NCBI GenBank assembly: GCA_965215505.1
Contig: OZ244065.1
Coordinates: 4,864,001-4,928,000 of the forward strand
Source: Capsulimonadaceae bacterium
GTDB taxonomy: Bacteria; Armatimonadota; Armatimonadia; Armatimonadales; Capsulimonadaceae
Length of the DNA stretch: 64,000 nt
Reading direction: 5' to 3'
This document shows, piece after piece, positions 27,655-37,363 of this stretch (positions are counted from its first letter, which is position 1; every line of letters starts with the position of its first letter). The position numbers and the translations under genes are program-made. The notes under the pieces were generated by a model that did not search any database, had not been told where the DNA came from, and saw nothing but the letters and a program-made list of their open reading frames with translations.

Positions 27655-29244
27655 ATGAGATTCATGACCGACATACAAGCCGAGGCCCCGGACACGGACG
27701 GGCCACCCGCGGACGGATTACTCCGCTCCCCGCCGCGCCTGACGCCGGATCTGGCGCGGCGGTTCCAGACGGACTACTACGCCCGCATCCGCCCCGGACT
27801 GCGCCTCGTGTCGCTGCTGATGGCCGGGGTGTCGGCCGCTCACACCCTGCTGCCGTCCGACGGCCCCACGTTCATTGACCTGGCGGTCGCCGTGCCGACG
27901 CTCCTCTTCTGGCTGTGCGTCTTCGGCCTGACCTGGGGGCGCGGCTTTGGCCGCGCGTGGCAGCCGGTCCTGGTCCTCCTGGGCTGGGCCACGGCGGTGT
28001 TCGTGCTGGGGAGACTGGGCCACACCCTCAGCGGCCCCCCCGCCGGGGGGGGCTTGCCGCACCCCCCGCCCTCTGGGGGAGGGCCGCCGTCTTCCGTCCC
28101 GATGCGGTTCTCCTTCGTACTCCAGATGTCGGTCCTGATGGTCACCCTGTCCACGCTGCGGCTCCAGTTCCGGTGGGCCGCCCTGCTCCAGAGCGGCATA
28201 CTCACGGTCGGCCTGTGGAGCTTCGGCACCAACCTGCCGCCCGACGCCGACGCCCTGCGCGACCTGCACTTCATCCTCCTGCCCGCCCTCGTGCTGCTCC
28301 TGGCGCTCCTGCTGGCGGCCTTCACCCAGGAGCAGCTCGCGCAGGGTGCCTTCTACGCGAGCCACCTGCTGGCCGAGGAGCGCGACGGCGAGCGGCGCGA
28401 GCGGGAGCAGACTCAGGGCCAGCTCCGGGTGCTGGCCCAGGCCATCGGCGGCATCGTGCATGACCTGGGCAACCCGCTGACGGTCGTGCAGATGGGGGCG
28501 GAACTCGTCGAGATGCAGGCCGACTCCGGCGACGCCGCGGCCATCCGGGAGACGAACGGGGCTGTCCTGGAGGGAGCGCAGATGCTCAACGCCCTGCGCC
28601 TGTCCCTGATCGAGCAGACGCGCGTCCTGGAGGGCAAGCCCATCCCCGTCAATCTGTGGGCCGAGCCGCTGCGCTCCATCTTGGAGGCGGGCACCCGCTT
28701 CCAAAGCCCCCGGTTCGCCAGCGGACGCGGGATCTCCCTCGTCGGCGAAGACCTGGAGGTGTATGCCGACCGTCCGAAGCTGGTCACGGTCTTCATGAAC
28801 CTGATCGGTAACGCCCTCAAGTACAGTGATGGCGAGGTGCGCGTCGTCTGGCACGCGGAGGGAGGAACCGTACTCGTGGGGGTTCTAGACCGGGGCATGG
28901 CCGGGCGGGGCATCTGCGCGGCCCAGGCGGGGCGGCTGTTCGCCCCGTTCGGGCGGCTGGAGATGCACGCCGCCGTCGAGGGCACGGGCCTGGGTCTGGT
29001 GTCCGCCCGCAAGATCGTGGAGGCCCACGGCGGCGAGGTCTTCGTCGAGGGCCATACCGGGGGTGCGCCGGCCCCGCCGCCCTTCACCACGGCTCAGGGC
29101 CGCTACCCCTCTCTGCTGGTGCCGGGCTTCCTGACCGCCTTCGTCGTCGCCTGCCCGGCACCCCCGGCGGAGGCCATTGATGGTGAAAGGATGCCCCGTG
29201 AGACGAACCGAATCACCGCTAGGTCTGCGGCGTTGATGCGATGA
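27655..29244 (+). CDS. Membrane sensor histidine kinase (orphan)
   Basis: About 6 TM; H-box IVHDLGNPL; N-box NLIGNALKY; G2 GTGLGL. Confidence 0.88.
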   Translation: MRFMTDIQAEAPDTDGPPADGLLRSPPRLTPDLARRFQTDYYARIRPGLRLVSLLMAGVSAAHTLLPSDGPTFIDLAVAVPTLLFWLCVFGLTWGRGFGRAWQPVLVLLGWATAVFVLGRLGHTLSGPPAGGGLPHPPPSGGGPPSSVPMRFSFVLQMSVLMVTLSTLRLQFRWAALLQSGILTVGLWSFGTNLPPDADALRDLHFILLPALVLLLALLLAAFTQEQLAQGAFYASHLLAEERDGERREREQTQGQLRVLAQAIGGIVHDLGNPLTVVQMGAELVEMQADSGDAAAIRETNGAVLEGAQMLNALRLSLIEQTRVLEGKPIPVNLWAEPLRSILEAGTRFQSPRFASGRGISLVGEDLEVYADRPKLVTVFMNLIGNALKYSDGEVRVVWHAEGGTVLVGVLDRGMAGRGICAAQAGRLFAPFGRLEMHAAVEGTGLGLVSARKIVEAHGGEVFVEGHTGGAPAPPPFTTAQGRYPSLLVPGFLTAFVVACPAPPAEAIDGERMPRETNRITARSAALMR

Positions 29245-29305
29245 ACACTGAACAGCCCTCCGCATCACACCAGTCGACTAACCAACATAGATGGGAGAAA
29301 CGCAG

Positions 29306-30505
29306 ATGAACAAACGTGCCCAATTTGCCTTTGCGGCTGCGGCTGTGACGCTGCCGATAGGCCTGGTCGCGGCCTACCACGCTCCCGCCGCGCCCCACGC
29401 CGCCGCTCCCGCCGCGCGCGCAGCCTTGCCCGACCCGGCCCTGCCCCCATCGCCGGGCGCACCCGCCGTCGTCGACGCCGCGAACGCTTTCCTGGCCACG
29501 CTCTCGGACAAGCAGCGGACGGTCGCTCAGATCGAGATGACGCCCCAGAACGCCGGACGGTGGTCGAATTTCCCCGCCGGATTCGTCCCGCGCAACGGTA
29601 TCTACTTCCGGGACATGAACCCGGCGCAGACTGCCGCCGCCCTGAAGGTGGCCCGCCTGGCTCTGAGCCAAGAGGGCTTCACCCGGTTTCAGGAGGTCCG
29701 CGCCGGGGATGACGCCTTCGCCAAGCAGGACAGAGGCCCCGGCGGGCGCGGCCCCGGCGGACCAGGGCGTGGAGGATTTGGCGGCCCGCCGCCCGACGGA
29801 CCGGGCGGGCCCGGTGGCTCCGGTGGCTTCGGTGGACCGCCTCCGGGTGGCCCTGGTGGGTTTGGGGGAGGCGGTACTCTCTTCGGCCACGGCAACTACA
29901 TCATCGCCTTCCTGGGCAGGCCGTCGAAGACCACGCCTTGGCTTCTCCAGATCGGCGGCCACCATCTCGCCTTCAACATCTACTACAAAGGCGGGGTCGG
30001 TGCCGCCACTCCCTACTTCGTGGGCGTGCAGCCGAACATCTGGAAGGATACGGACGGCAAGACCCACGCGCCGCTCGCGCCGATGCGCGACGCCTTGTAC
30101 GGCCTGGCCCACTCCCTTGCGCCGGAGCAGCTAACGCAGGCGCGGCTCGACACGAGTTTCAGCGACGTGTACGTCGGCCCCGGTCGGGACGGCCAGTTCC
30201 CCGCCCGCAGTGAGGGGGTGGCAATCTCCGGGCTTTCCGCCGCTTCGAAGAGACTGGTCAAGCAGGCGATCATGGCTTGGACGGGTGACTCCGTCCAGGG
30301 CGCTGCCTACCGAAAGCTTTACTACGCCGAACTGGGGCGGACGAAGGTCGCCTACTCTGGCACGACCGCCCTCAACACGGAAGGCGACTATATGCGGATT
30401 GACGGGCCACACGTCTGGATCGAGTTCTGCTGCCAGGGCAGTGACCACTACCACACGATCTGGCGCGACCGGGCCACCGACTACGGCGCCGAATTCTCCT
30501 TCTGA
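29306..30505 (+). CDS. Exported DUF3500 family protein
   Basis: Signal peptide; WSNFP, YIIAFLGRPS...WLLQIGGHHLAFN, RIDGPHVWIEF and HYHTIWRD...DYG. Confidence 0.85.
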   Translation: MNKRAQFAFAAAAVTLPIGLVAAYHAPAAPHAAAPAARAALPDPALPPSPGAPAVVDAANAFLATLSDKQRTVAQIEMTPQNAGRWSNFPAGFVPRNGIYFRDMNPAQTAAALKVARLALSQEGFTRFQEVRAGDDAFAKQDRGPGGRGPGGPGRGGFGGPPPDGPGGPGGSGGFGGPPPGGPGGFGGGGTLFGHGNYIIAFLGRPSKTTPWLLQIGGHHLAFNIYYKGGVGAATPYFVGVQPNIWKDTDGKTHAPLAPMRDALYGLAHSLAPEQLTQARLDTSFSDVYVGPGRDGQFPARSEGVAISGLSAASKRLVKQAIMAWTGDSVQGAAYRKLYYAELGRTKVAYSGTTALNTEGDYMRIDGPHVWIEFCCQGSDHYHTIWRDRATDYGAEFSF

Positions 30506-30512
30506 GGCATCC

Positions 30513-31847
30513 ATGCAACGGCTATCCCTCCTGCGGCGGCTACTGCTCGTGCTGCCATTCTTGGTTACGGTTTGCCCTGCACGGGGTCATCCGATGCCCA
30601 GTTCGAACGTCATCCTGCGCCTACACCGGGGCGGGGTTGACGCCCGGCTGGTCCTGCCCATCATCGAGCTGAAACTCGGCTGGCAGAAGCCGCTGCCGAT
30701 GGATGCCGCTCGGACCATCCAGCAGTATGGGGGCGCTCTCAAGGAGTACGTCCGCGCGCACGTCCGCCCCGTCGCCCCCGACGGGCGGCCCTGGGCGGTG
30801 ACGGTCCGGTCGCTGACGCCGGTCGCCGCCTCGGCACCGAACCCGTTCGTGGCCTCCAGCCCCGATGTCCAGGTGGACCTGACGATGACCCCGCCGCCGG
30901 GGGCTCCCGCCGACCGGCTCACTCTCCGCTATGACGTCATCTTCCACCGGCTCATCACCCACACCGCCATCGTCTCCATCGCGAGCGACTGGCGCAGCGG
31001 CCTCGTAGCCGGCCCGCCCGTCCTGCTCGGGACGATGCGGGACACCGAGCCGTCCATCGCCATTGACCGCTCCCAGGGGAGCTGGTTCCGAGGCTTCGCC
31101 GCCCTCTTCCGGCTCGGGGCGCGGCACATCGCCGAGGGCACGGACCACCTGCTGTTCCTGCTCGCCCTGCTGCTCCCGGCCCCACTCGTCGCCGCCGGAA
31201 AGTGGTGGGGGAGCTACGTCGGCGGGCGGGCGGCCCTGCATCGGATCGTGAAGATCGTCACGGCCTTCACGGGCGGCCACTCGGCCACGCTGCTGCTGGG
31301 GGCGCTCGGCTGGGCGCGGCTGCCGGGCGCGTTCATCGAGTCGGCCATTGCGCTCTCGATCTTCGTCTCCGCCCTCCACGCGCTGGTCCCGATCTTCCGG
31401 GGCCGGGAGGTCTTCATCGCGGGGGGCTTCGGGCTGGTCCACGGCCTGGCGTTCGCCGAGACGCTGACGGGGTTCGGCTTCGACCCGGTCACCCTGGCGT
31501 CGAGCGTGCTGGGGTTCAACCTAGGCATCGAGGCGGTCCAGCTCCTGGTCATCCTCGTGACGATGCCGTGGCTGCTGCTGCTGGCCCGGACTCCTGTCTA
31601 CCCGCCGTTCCGCGTCGTGGGCGCATGCCTCACCGGGGTCGCCGCCTGCGCCTGGTTCTTGGAACGGGCGCTGGGGTGGAGCAACCCTGTCGCCCCCCTG
31701 GTGGAGCGGGCCGCAGCCCATGCGCTCTGGATCGTGGCGGGACTGGCCGTGTTTTCCCTCACCGCATTCTTGGCCCGCAACCAAGGGTCCGACCGGGAGC
31801 CTGACCAGCATCTGAAGCCGGTGCTATCGGATTGGACAATGCCCTGA
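30513..31847 (+). CDS. HupE/UreJ family membrane protein with an extracytoplasmic N-domain
   Basis: Mature N-terminus HP; HIAEGTDHLLF, TAFTGGHSATL, FGLVHGLAFA and GFNLGIE. Confidence 0.88.
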   Translation: MQRLSLLRRLLLVLPFLVTVCPARGHPMPSSNVILRLHRGGVDARLVLPIIELKLGWQKPLPMDAARTIQQYGGALKEYVRAHVRPVAPDGRPWAVTVRSLTPVAASAPNPFVASSPDVQVDLTMTPPPGAPADRLTLRYDVIFHRLITHTAIVSIASDWRSGLVAGPPVLLGTMRDTEPSIAIDRSQGSWFRGFAALFRLGARHIAEGTDHLLFLLALLLPAPLVAAGKWWGSYVGGRAALHRIVKIVTAFTGGHSATLLLGALGWARLPGAFIESAIALSIFVSALHALVPIFRGREVFIAGGFGLVHGLAFAETLTGFGFDPVTLASSVLGFNLGIEAVQLLVILVTMPWLLLLARTPVYPPFRVVGACLTGVAACAWFLERALGWSNPVAPLVERAAAHALWIVAGLAVFSLTAFLARNQGSDREPDQHLKPVLSDWTMP

Positions 31848-31867
31848 GAGGGCGGAAAGAGAAGACG

Positions 31868-32533
31868 ATGACTGAGCCGGACACGACGACGCACGACTAT
31901 GACCAATACATCACCCGGACTTTCGCCGAGGAGGATGACGCGCTGCGCGGGGCGCGCGAGGAGATGCAGCGCGAGGGGCTGCCGAGGATCAATGTCTCCG
32001 CCAGTGAGGGCAAGATGCTCCACCTCCTGGCGCTGATGAGCGGGGCCGGACGCATCCTGGAGATCGGGACGCTCGGCGGCTACAGCACGATCTGGCTGGC
32101 CCGCGCCCTGCCGCCGGGCGGCACGCTGGTTTCACTGGAGCTGGACACCCACCACGCCGGGGTCGCTCGGCACAACATCGCGCGCGCCGGGCTGGCCGGC
32201 AAAGTGGAGGTCCGGGTCGGCCCGGCCCAGGAGACGCTGGCGAGAATGGTGGCGGACGGTGAAGGGCCGTTCGACCTGGCCTTCATCGATGCGGACAAAG
32301 ACGGCTATGTGGACTATCTCCCGAAGGCCGTGGCGCTCGTCCGCGACGGCGGACTCATCCTGGGCGACAACACGCTGCCCGATGCGGTACTCGACCCCGA
32401 CGCCGACAGCGGGACCAAGCGGTACAATGCCGCCGTGGCCGCCCATCCCGACCTCGTCTCGATCATCTTCCCGGTGCTGCGCGAGCGCGGCGTGGACGGC
32501 CTGCTGGTTTCCCTGAAACGCGCCGCCCGGTGA
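31868..32533 (+). CDS. O-methyltransferase (caffeoyl-CoA/Methyltransf_3 family)
   Basis: ILEIGTLGGYST, FDLAFIDADKD and ILGDN. Confidence 0.92.
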   Translation: MTEPDTTTHDYDQYITRTFAEEDDALRGAREEMQREGLPRINVSASEGKMLHLLALMSGAGRILEIGTLGGYSTIWLARALPPGGTLVSLELDTHHAGVARHNIARAGLAGKVEVRVGPAQETLARMVADGEGPFDLAFIDADKDGYVDYLPKAVALVRDGGLILGDNTLPDAVLDPDADSGTKRYNAAVAAHPDLVSIIFPVLRERGVDGLLVSLKRAAR

Positions 32534-32562
32534 AGAAATCGGTGAAGAAATCGGTGAAGAAA
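32528..32562. repeat. 12-bp tandem repeat, about 3 copies, over the OMT stop codon
   Basis: cggtgaagaaat x2 plus cggtgaagaaa. Confidence 0.85.
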
Positions 32563-32676
32563 ACTGATCGGCCTTCATGTGATTTTCATGTTACGCCTGT
32601 AATATGAATGTAATAAGCGGTGAAACAGATTACGCCGCGCATTCCGACACCGTCCTGTGACGTAGGGAGCAACTCG

Positions 32677-33657
32677 ATGAAGACAGAAACACTGCGAAAA
32701 GGCCGCGCCCTCGCGGCGGGCCTTACACTGATGACGACCGTACTCGCGACCGCCGCCGTGGCTCAGGCGCCGGGCGGGGGCGGCTTCGGCGGCCCGCCGC
32801 CCGGACAGAACGGCGGCCCCGGCGGCGGCTTCGGCGGCCCCGGTGGAGGCTTCGGCGGCGGCCGGGGCGGCTTCGGCGGCCGTGCGCCCTTCGCCTTCGG
32901 CGCGATCAGCTCCGTGGACACCAACGCGGGGACGATCACGCTCACCGGCCGGGGCGGCGGTGCCCCGCAGATCATCACCGTCGGGACGGACACGCAGCTC
33001 GTCTCGCAGTCCGACACGACCGTGGCCGACCTGAAGGTCGGCGACCAGGTGCAGGTGCAGGGCGTTCCGACCGGCATCACCGCTTCTCAGCTTACCGTCG
33101 GCACCGCGCCCGCCGGCCTGCCCGGCGCGGGTGGGGGCGGCTTCGGCGGCGGTCGGCCCGGCGGCGGGGGTAACCCCGGCGGCGGCGGAGCGCCCGGCGC
33201 CGCCCCGGTTCAGGGCTTTGCCACGGCCACGGGGACGATCAAGACCCTCCCGACCGCGAACGACGCACACCTCGCGATCAGCCTCGGGCCGGACGCGGTA
33301 CTCTACCTGAAGATGGCCCCCGGCGCGAAGATCTCCAAGTACACGACGCTGAAGCTCACCGACCTCAAGGCCGGCGACCAGGTCATCGCCACCGGCCAGA
33401 CCGGCACGGACGGCACGATGACGGCCAGCACCGTGGGCGTGAACATGGCGATCGCTCAGGGCTTCGGCGGCGCTGGCGGCTTCGGCGGTGCCCGTGGCGG
33501 GCGTAACCGTCGCGGCGGCGCGGGTGGCGGTGGCGGCTTTGGCGGTCCCGGCGGCGGCTTCGGCGGCCCCGGCGGTGGTGGCGGCTTCGGCGGCCCCGGC
33601 GGCAATGGTGGCCCCCCGCCTCCCGCGCCGGGTGACGGCGGCGGCATGACCCAGTAG
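32677..33657 (+). CDS. Exported Gly/Pro-rich protein with two OB-fold-like (DUF5666-like) repeats
   Basis: Signal peptide AVA-Q; GGFGGPGG tracts; two copies of (A/T)DLK(V/A)GDQV. Confidence 0.75.
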   Translation: MKTETLRKGRALAAGLTLMTTVLATAAVAQAPGGGGFGGPPPGQNGGPGGGFGGPGGGFGGGRGGFGGRAPFAFGAISSVDTNAGTITLTGRGGGAPQIITVGTDTQLVSQSDTTVADLKVGDQVQVQGVPTGITASQLTVGTAPAGLPGAGGGGFGGGRPGGGGNPGGGGAPGAAPVQGFATATGTIKTLPTANDAHLAISLGPDAVLYLKMAPGAKISKYTTLKLTDLKAGDQVIATGQTGTDGTMTASTVGVNMAIAQGFGGAGGFGGARGGRNRRGGAGGGGGFGGPGGGFGGPGGGGGFGGPGGNGGPPPPAPGDGGGMTQ

Positions 33658-33682
33658 GGTCCGCCGCGCCGAGAGGAACTGG

Positions 33683-33719
33683 AACGGGGGCCGCCACACA
33701 TCTGTGACGGCCCCGTTTT
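33683..33719 (+). terminator. Intrinsic terminator
   Basis: aacgggggccg...cggccccgtttt. Confidence 0.6.
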
Positions 33720-33766
33720 CCTGACAGGTGATGACGGCACAGGGAATGACGACACAGGAGACGACG

Positions 33767-34777
33767 ATGACCGATGCGAAAGACCGCGCCTCCGGCTCCC
33801 TCTTTGGTCTGGCCCTCGGCGACGCCCTCGGCGCGAAGACCGAGTTCCTGAGCGTCCCGGAGATCAAGCGGCGCTTCGGCCCGGACGGTCCCGACGCCCC
33901 CGCCGGCGACCCCGCCCCCGTGACCGACGACACCCAGATGGCCCTGGCCGTCGGCGAGGCATTGCTGGAAGCGCCGGAGCCTTACACCGCTGCTGCCCTG
34001 GAAGGACCCCTGCGCCGCGCCTTCGTCGCCTGGGCCGACAGTCCCGAAAACGACCGCGCCCCCGGCATGACCTGCCTCACGGCCTGCGCCCGCCTCAAAA
34101 TGGGGATGCCCTGGACCTCGGCGACCGTCCCCGACTCCAAAGGCTGCGGGGCGAACATGCGCGTCGCCCCCGTCGGACTCGTGTCCGGCCTCGAACCCGA
34201 GACGCGCGCCGCCCTGGCCCAGTTCCAGGCCGCCCTGACGCATGGCCACCCCACTGCCCTCGCCGCCTCCGACCTCACCGCCTGGGCCGTCACCGACCTC
34301 GCCGGGGGCGGCGACCCCGCCGGCCTGCCGCAGCGGGCGCGCGCCTACGCCCATTTCCAGCGCACCGTCTACCACGCCGACTGGCTCGGCACCCTCTGGC
34401 AGCGCCCCTTTGCCGACTCACCCGCCGAGTTCATCACGCGCGGCTGGGACGAGTGCCTGGGCGTCTTGGACCGCCTGGACGCTGCCTTGGACCAGGCCGA
34501 CCGCGCCGCCGACCCCTGCCTCATCACCGGCGAGGGCTGGATCGCCGAGGAAGCCTTCGCCACCGGCCTGCTCTGCTTCCTGCTCTTCCCCGCCGACCCC
34601 GTCGCCGCCCTGCGCTGCGCCGCCGTCAGCAGCGGCGACTCCGACTCCCTCGCCTGCCTCGCCGGAGCCTTCGCGGGTGCCTACCACGGCCTGCCCGCTT
34701 GGCCCGCCGACTGGCTCGCCCGCATCGAGTACCGCGACCGCCTGACGCGGCTGGGCACGGCCTGGGACGGCGCTTGA
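33767..34777 (+). CDS. ADP-ribosylglycohydrolase family protein
   Basis: GLALGDALG, TDDTQMA, GCGANMR, THGHP and GDSDSLA. Confidence 0.92.
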   Translation: MTDAKDRASGSLFGLALGDALGAKTEFLSVPEIKRRFGPDGPDAPAGDPAPVTDDTQMALAVGEALLEAPEPYTAAALEGPLRRAFVAWADSPENDRAPGMTCLTACARLKMGMPWTSATVPDSKGCGANMRVAPVGLVSGLEPETRAALAQFQAALTHGHPTALAASDLTAWAVTDLAGGGDPAGLPQRARAYAHFQRTVYHADWLGTLWQRPFADSPAEFITRGWDECLGVLDRLDAALDQADRAADPCLITGEGWIAEEAFATGLLCFLLFPADPVAALRCAAVSSGDSDSLACLAGAFAGAYHGLPAWPADWLARIEYRDRLTRLGTAWDGA

Positions 34778-34797
34778 TGCCGCCCCTATTTGACGGC

Positions 34798-34835
34798 AGA
34801 AAGCCCGGCCTCAGAGCTTGAGGCCGGGCTTTCTC
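34798..34835. terminator. Bidirectional terminator between convergent genes
   Basis: agaaagcccggcctca-gagct-tgaggccgggctttct. Confidence 0.8.
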
Positions 34836-34847
34836 CTGTCTGCAAGG

Positions 34848-35705
34848 TCACGCAGGCTCGCTGAAGTCTTTCAGCGCCTTCAGCGCGGCTTTCTTGACTT
34901 CGCCTTTGCCCAGCAGAACCGCCTTCCGCAAGGCCGCCTTCGCCTGCTGCCCGCCGCCGGACTTCGCCCGCTCGGACGTGCTCAACTGCTGCCAGCCGAC
35001 GCCGTAGTAGTAGTTCGCCAGCGGCGAGTCCGGCGCGAGTTGCAGCGCCCTCCCGTACTCGGCCAGCGCCTCCTTGTTCTGGGACTCATGCGCCCAATCA
35101 GGCGTAGCGTTGTAGACCAGGCCGCGTGCGATGTGAATGGCCGTCGCCAGCGCCGTCGGTTCCGGCACGTCGGGCGCAAAGTGGCTGTTCTCCCGCATCA
35201 CTTCCCCGTCCTGCACGACGGGCGTCTCTGGGTGTAGGCCGACGCTGGGGAGGTGTGGGAGTGCCTGATTGTAGGCGGCGAGGGCCTGCTTCCACTGGCC
35301 CGACTTTAGCAGCAGCAGGGCGTAGGGCAGAAGGTTACTTGGGTGCCGATCCGCCACTAGCCCCTGATAGGCTTGTAGTGCTTCCTGTTCTTTTCCCTGC
35401 GCGTCCAGAGCCTGCGCCAATATCTCTACAGGGGTTTCAGTGTGGAAGGGACTGACAGCGAGGGACTGCCGCTCGATGGCTTCCGCCTCAGCGTACCTGC
35501 CCGCGTGCAGGGCTATCGCCGCGTCGTGGTCTAGCTGACCGGCCTGGGCCATCGCCGCTAGTCCTTCCGGGGCAATCGTAACCCCCCTAGAATCGTTCTG
35601 CGCGCCGATCTGAGCTTGGGCGGGCAACCCGATGAGAGCGCAGGCGGCGATGAGTAAGAGGCCCGCTGTAGCACAACGCGCCATGGCCGCCAAGTTCTTC
35701 TTCAT
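34848..35705 (-). CDS. Exported TPR-repeat protein
   Basis: Start MKKNLAA with RBS GAGGA; signal peptide AQA-Q; TPR motifs ALAAYNQAL and ALAEYGRALQLAP. Confidence 0.8.
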   Translation of the reverse strand: MKKNLAAMARCATAGLLLIAACALIGLPAQAQIGAQNDSRGVTIAPEGLAAMAQAGQLDHDAAIALHAGRYAEAEAIERQSLAVSPFHTETPVEILAQALDAQGKEQEALQAYQGLVADRHPSNLLPYALLLLKSGQWKQALAAYNQALPHLPSVGLHPETPVVQDGEVMRENSHFAPDVPEPTALATAIHIARGLVYNATPDWAHESQNKEALAEYGRALQLAPDSPLANYYYGVGWQQLSTSERAKSGGGQQAKAALRKAVLLGKGEVKKAALKALKDFSEPA

Positions 35706-35755
35706 GGTATTTTTCCTCTTCAACTCAGGTGCCAAATGCTTTTTTATCGCGGTAT

Positions 35756-36730
35756 TCACCCCCGCTGGTACGCCTCCCCCAAGGCGGCGGGCGCGGCGGA
35801 CCCCAGCCGCGCCCGGCCCAGCAGGGCGAGCAGGGTCAGCAGGTAGGGCAGGGCGAGGAAGAACTGGTAGGGGAACCGGGTGCTGGTCGCCTGGAACTGG
35901 AACTGCAAGGCCGACACCAGGCCGAACAGCAGGGCGGCGGCGGCGACGCCGAACGGGTTCCAGCGGCCCAGGATGACCACGGCCAACGCGATGAACCCGC
36001 GCCCCGCCGTCATGGCCTCGCCGAAGCCGACCGTGTAGCCCAGGCTGAGGTAGGCCCCCGCCAGGCCCGCCAGCGCACCGCCCGCAAGTGTCGCGGCGAG
36101 GCGGACGCGGCCGACGCCGACGCCCGCGCCGTCCGCCGCCTGCGGGTACTCGCCGGTCGCCCGCAGGCGCAGGCCCCACCGGGTCTTGAAGAGGCCGAGC
36201 CAGACCAGCGGGACCAAGCCCCAGGCGATCCAGCCCAGCGCGTTCTGCTCGAATAGGTCGGACAGCAGCAGGGCAGGAAGGCCGGGGGCGGCCCCGTGCG
36301 CGGGATGCAGGAAAGGAAGGGTGAGGGGCGCGAAGGCCGCCGCCGTCGCCCCGTTGAGCTGCGGCAGGGCGCGGAAGAAGACGCCGGTCAGGCCAAGCGC
36401 GAGGATGTTGATTGCCGTCCCCACCACCACCTGGTCGGCCCCCAGGCCGACCGACAGGGCGGCGAACAGAGCGGCCAGGGCAGTGCCCGCCAGTATCGCC
36501 GCCCCCGCCCCGGCCCATGGGCTGTGGGTGCCGAAGGCGACCGCGAAGCCGGCCAGCGCGCCCGCCAGCATCATCCCCTCCATGCCGACATTGATCACGC
36601 CCGCCTTCTCGGCCACCGTCTCGCCCAGCGCGGCCAGCAGGAGCGGGGCGGCCAGCCGGAGGCCCGTGAATAGCAGGCCGACAAGGATGACGCCCCAGGC
36701 CGCTCCGTGCATCGGGTCCGGTCCGTGCAT
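35756..36730 (-). CDS. ABC transporter permease (nucleoside/sugar CUT2 type)
   Basis: EKAGVINVGMEGMML, TRWGLRLRATGEYPQAA, GRGFIALA and LPYLLTL. Confidence 0.9.
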   Translation of the reverse strand: MHGPDPMHGAAWGVILVGLLFTGLRLAAPLLLAALGETVAEKAGVINVGMEGMMLAGALAGFAVAFGTHSPWAGAGAAILAGTALAALFAALSVGLGADQVVVGTAINILALGLTGVFFRALPQLNGATAAAFAPLTLPFLHPAHGAAPGLPALLLSDLFEQNALGWIAWGLVPLVWLGLFKTRWGLRLRATGEYPQAADGAGVGVGRVRLAATLAGGALAGLAGAYLSLGYTVGFGEAMTAGRGFIALAVVILGRWNPFGVAAAALLFGLVSALQFQFQATSTRFPYQFFLALPYLLTLLALLGRARLGSAAPAALGEAYQRG

Positions 36731-36734
36731 CGGG

Positions 36735-37277
36735 TCAGGCGTCCTTCTTGGCGGCGCGGTCGGCGAGATAGCGGGCCTCGTCCGCTTCCAGCTCTTCCAT
36801 GCTCCGGCGCGGCGTTTCCGGGATGTCGTCCCCATCCGTGACGGCCTGCGCGATGGCCTGGCCGCGCCGGGCGGACGGGGCGGGCGCGGGCGCGTCGGGA
36901 ACGGCCGGGGCGGCGGACGGCGCGGGCGCATCGGTCGGGGCGAGGTCGGCGACGCCGACCAGCAGGTTATAACGCAGCGAGAACTTCTTTTCCGCCGCCG
37001 AGAGCTTGTTGCGCGCCTCGTCGGAGAGGTTGTCCAGCCACTTCTGCCGCATCGCGTCCGTGCCCGCCTGGTGGCGCGCGCGGATCTCGGCCGGCAGGCT
37101 CTCCGTATCGATTGCGACGGTCGCCGTGCCGTCGGGATAGAGTTTGGCGACCGTCCCGGTCAGGGAGCGATAGTAGGGGTAGAACAGGCCGGATTTGGTG
37201 TCGGCGGCGTTCGGCTCCCGGTCCGCGAGTCGGACTGTGGTCCCCTCCGCCAGTTGTTTCGGGGTGTGAGCGGCCAT
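36735..37277 (-). CDS. Hypothetical protein with SH3/KOW-like N-domain
   Basis: RBS AAGGAG; EGTTVRL...LTGTVAKLYPDGTATVAID; Pro/Ala linker; acidic C-terminal helix. Confidence 0.75.
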   Translation of the reverse strand: MAAHTPKQLAEGTTVRLADREPNAADTKSGLFYPYYRSLTGTVAKLYPDGTATVAIDTESLPAEIRARHQAGTDAMRQKWLDNLSDEARNKLSAAEKKFSLRYNLLVGVADLAPTDAPAPSAAPAVPDAPAPAPSARRGQAIAQAVTDGDDIPETPRRSMEELEADEARYLADRAAKKDA

Positions 37278-37363
37278 GAATGAAGCTCCTTTTGGGCGTT
37301 GGTGAGTTGCCGCGTGGTTTGCCCCGCTAGGGGGCCGGGTAAAAGCGACGGGGTTGTAAAACT

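Noticed and set aside
32528-33657. Possible CRISPR array or DNA-level repeat system
   Set aside because: The 12-bp repeats have no spacers, the ggcggcttcggc repeats simply encode GGFGG, and no cas genes are present
35706-36518. N-terminal extension of the TPR ORF (556 aa as called)
   Set aside because: Overlaps the ABC permease in another frame; the start MKKNLAA at 35705 has an RBS and signal peptide
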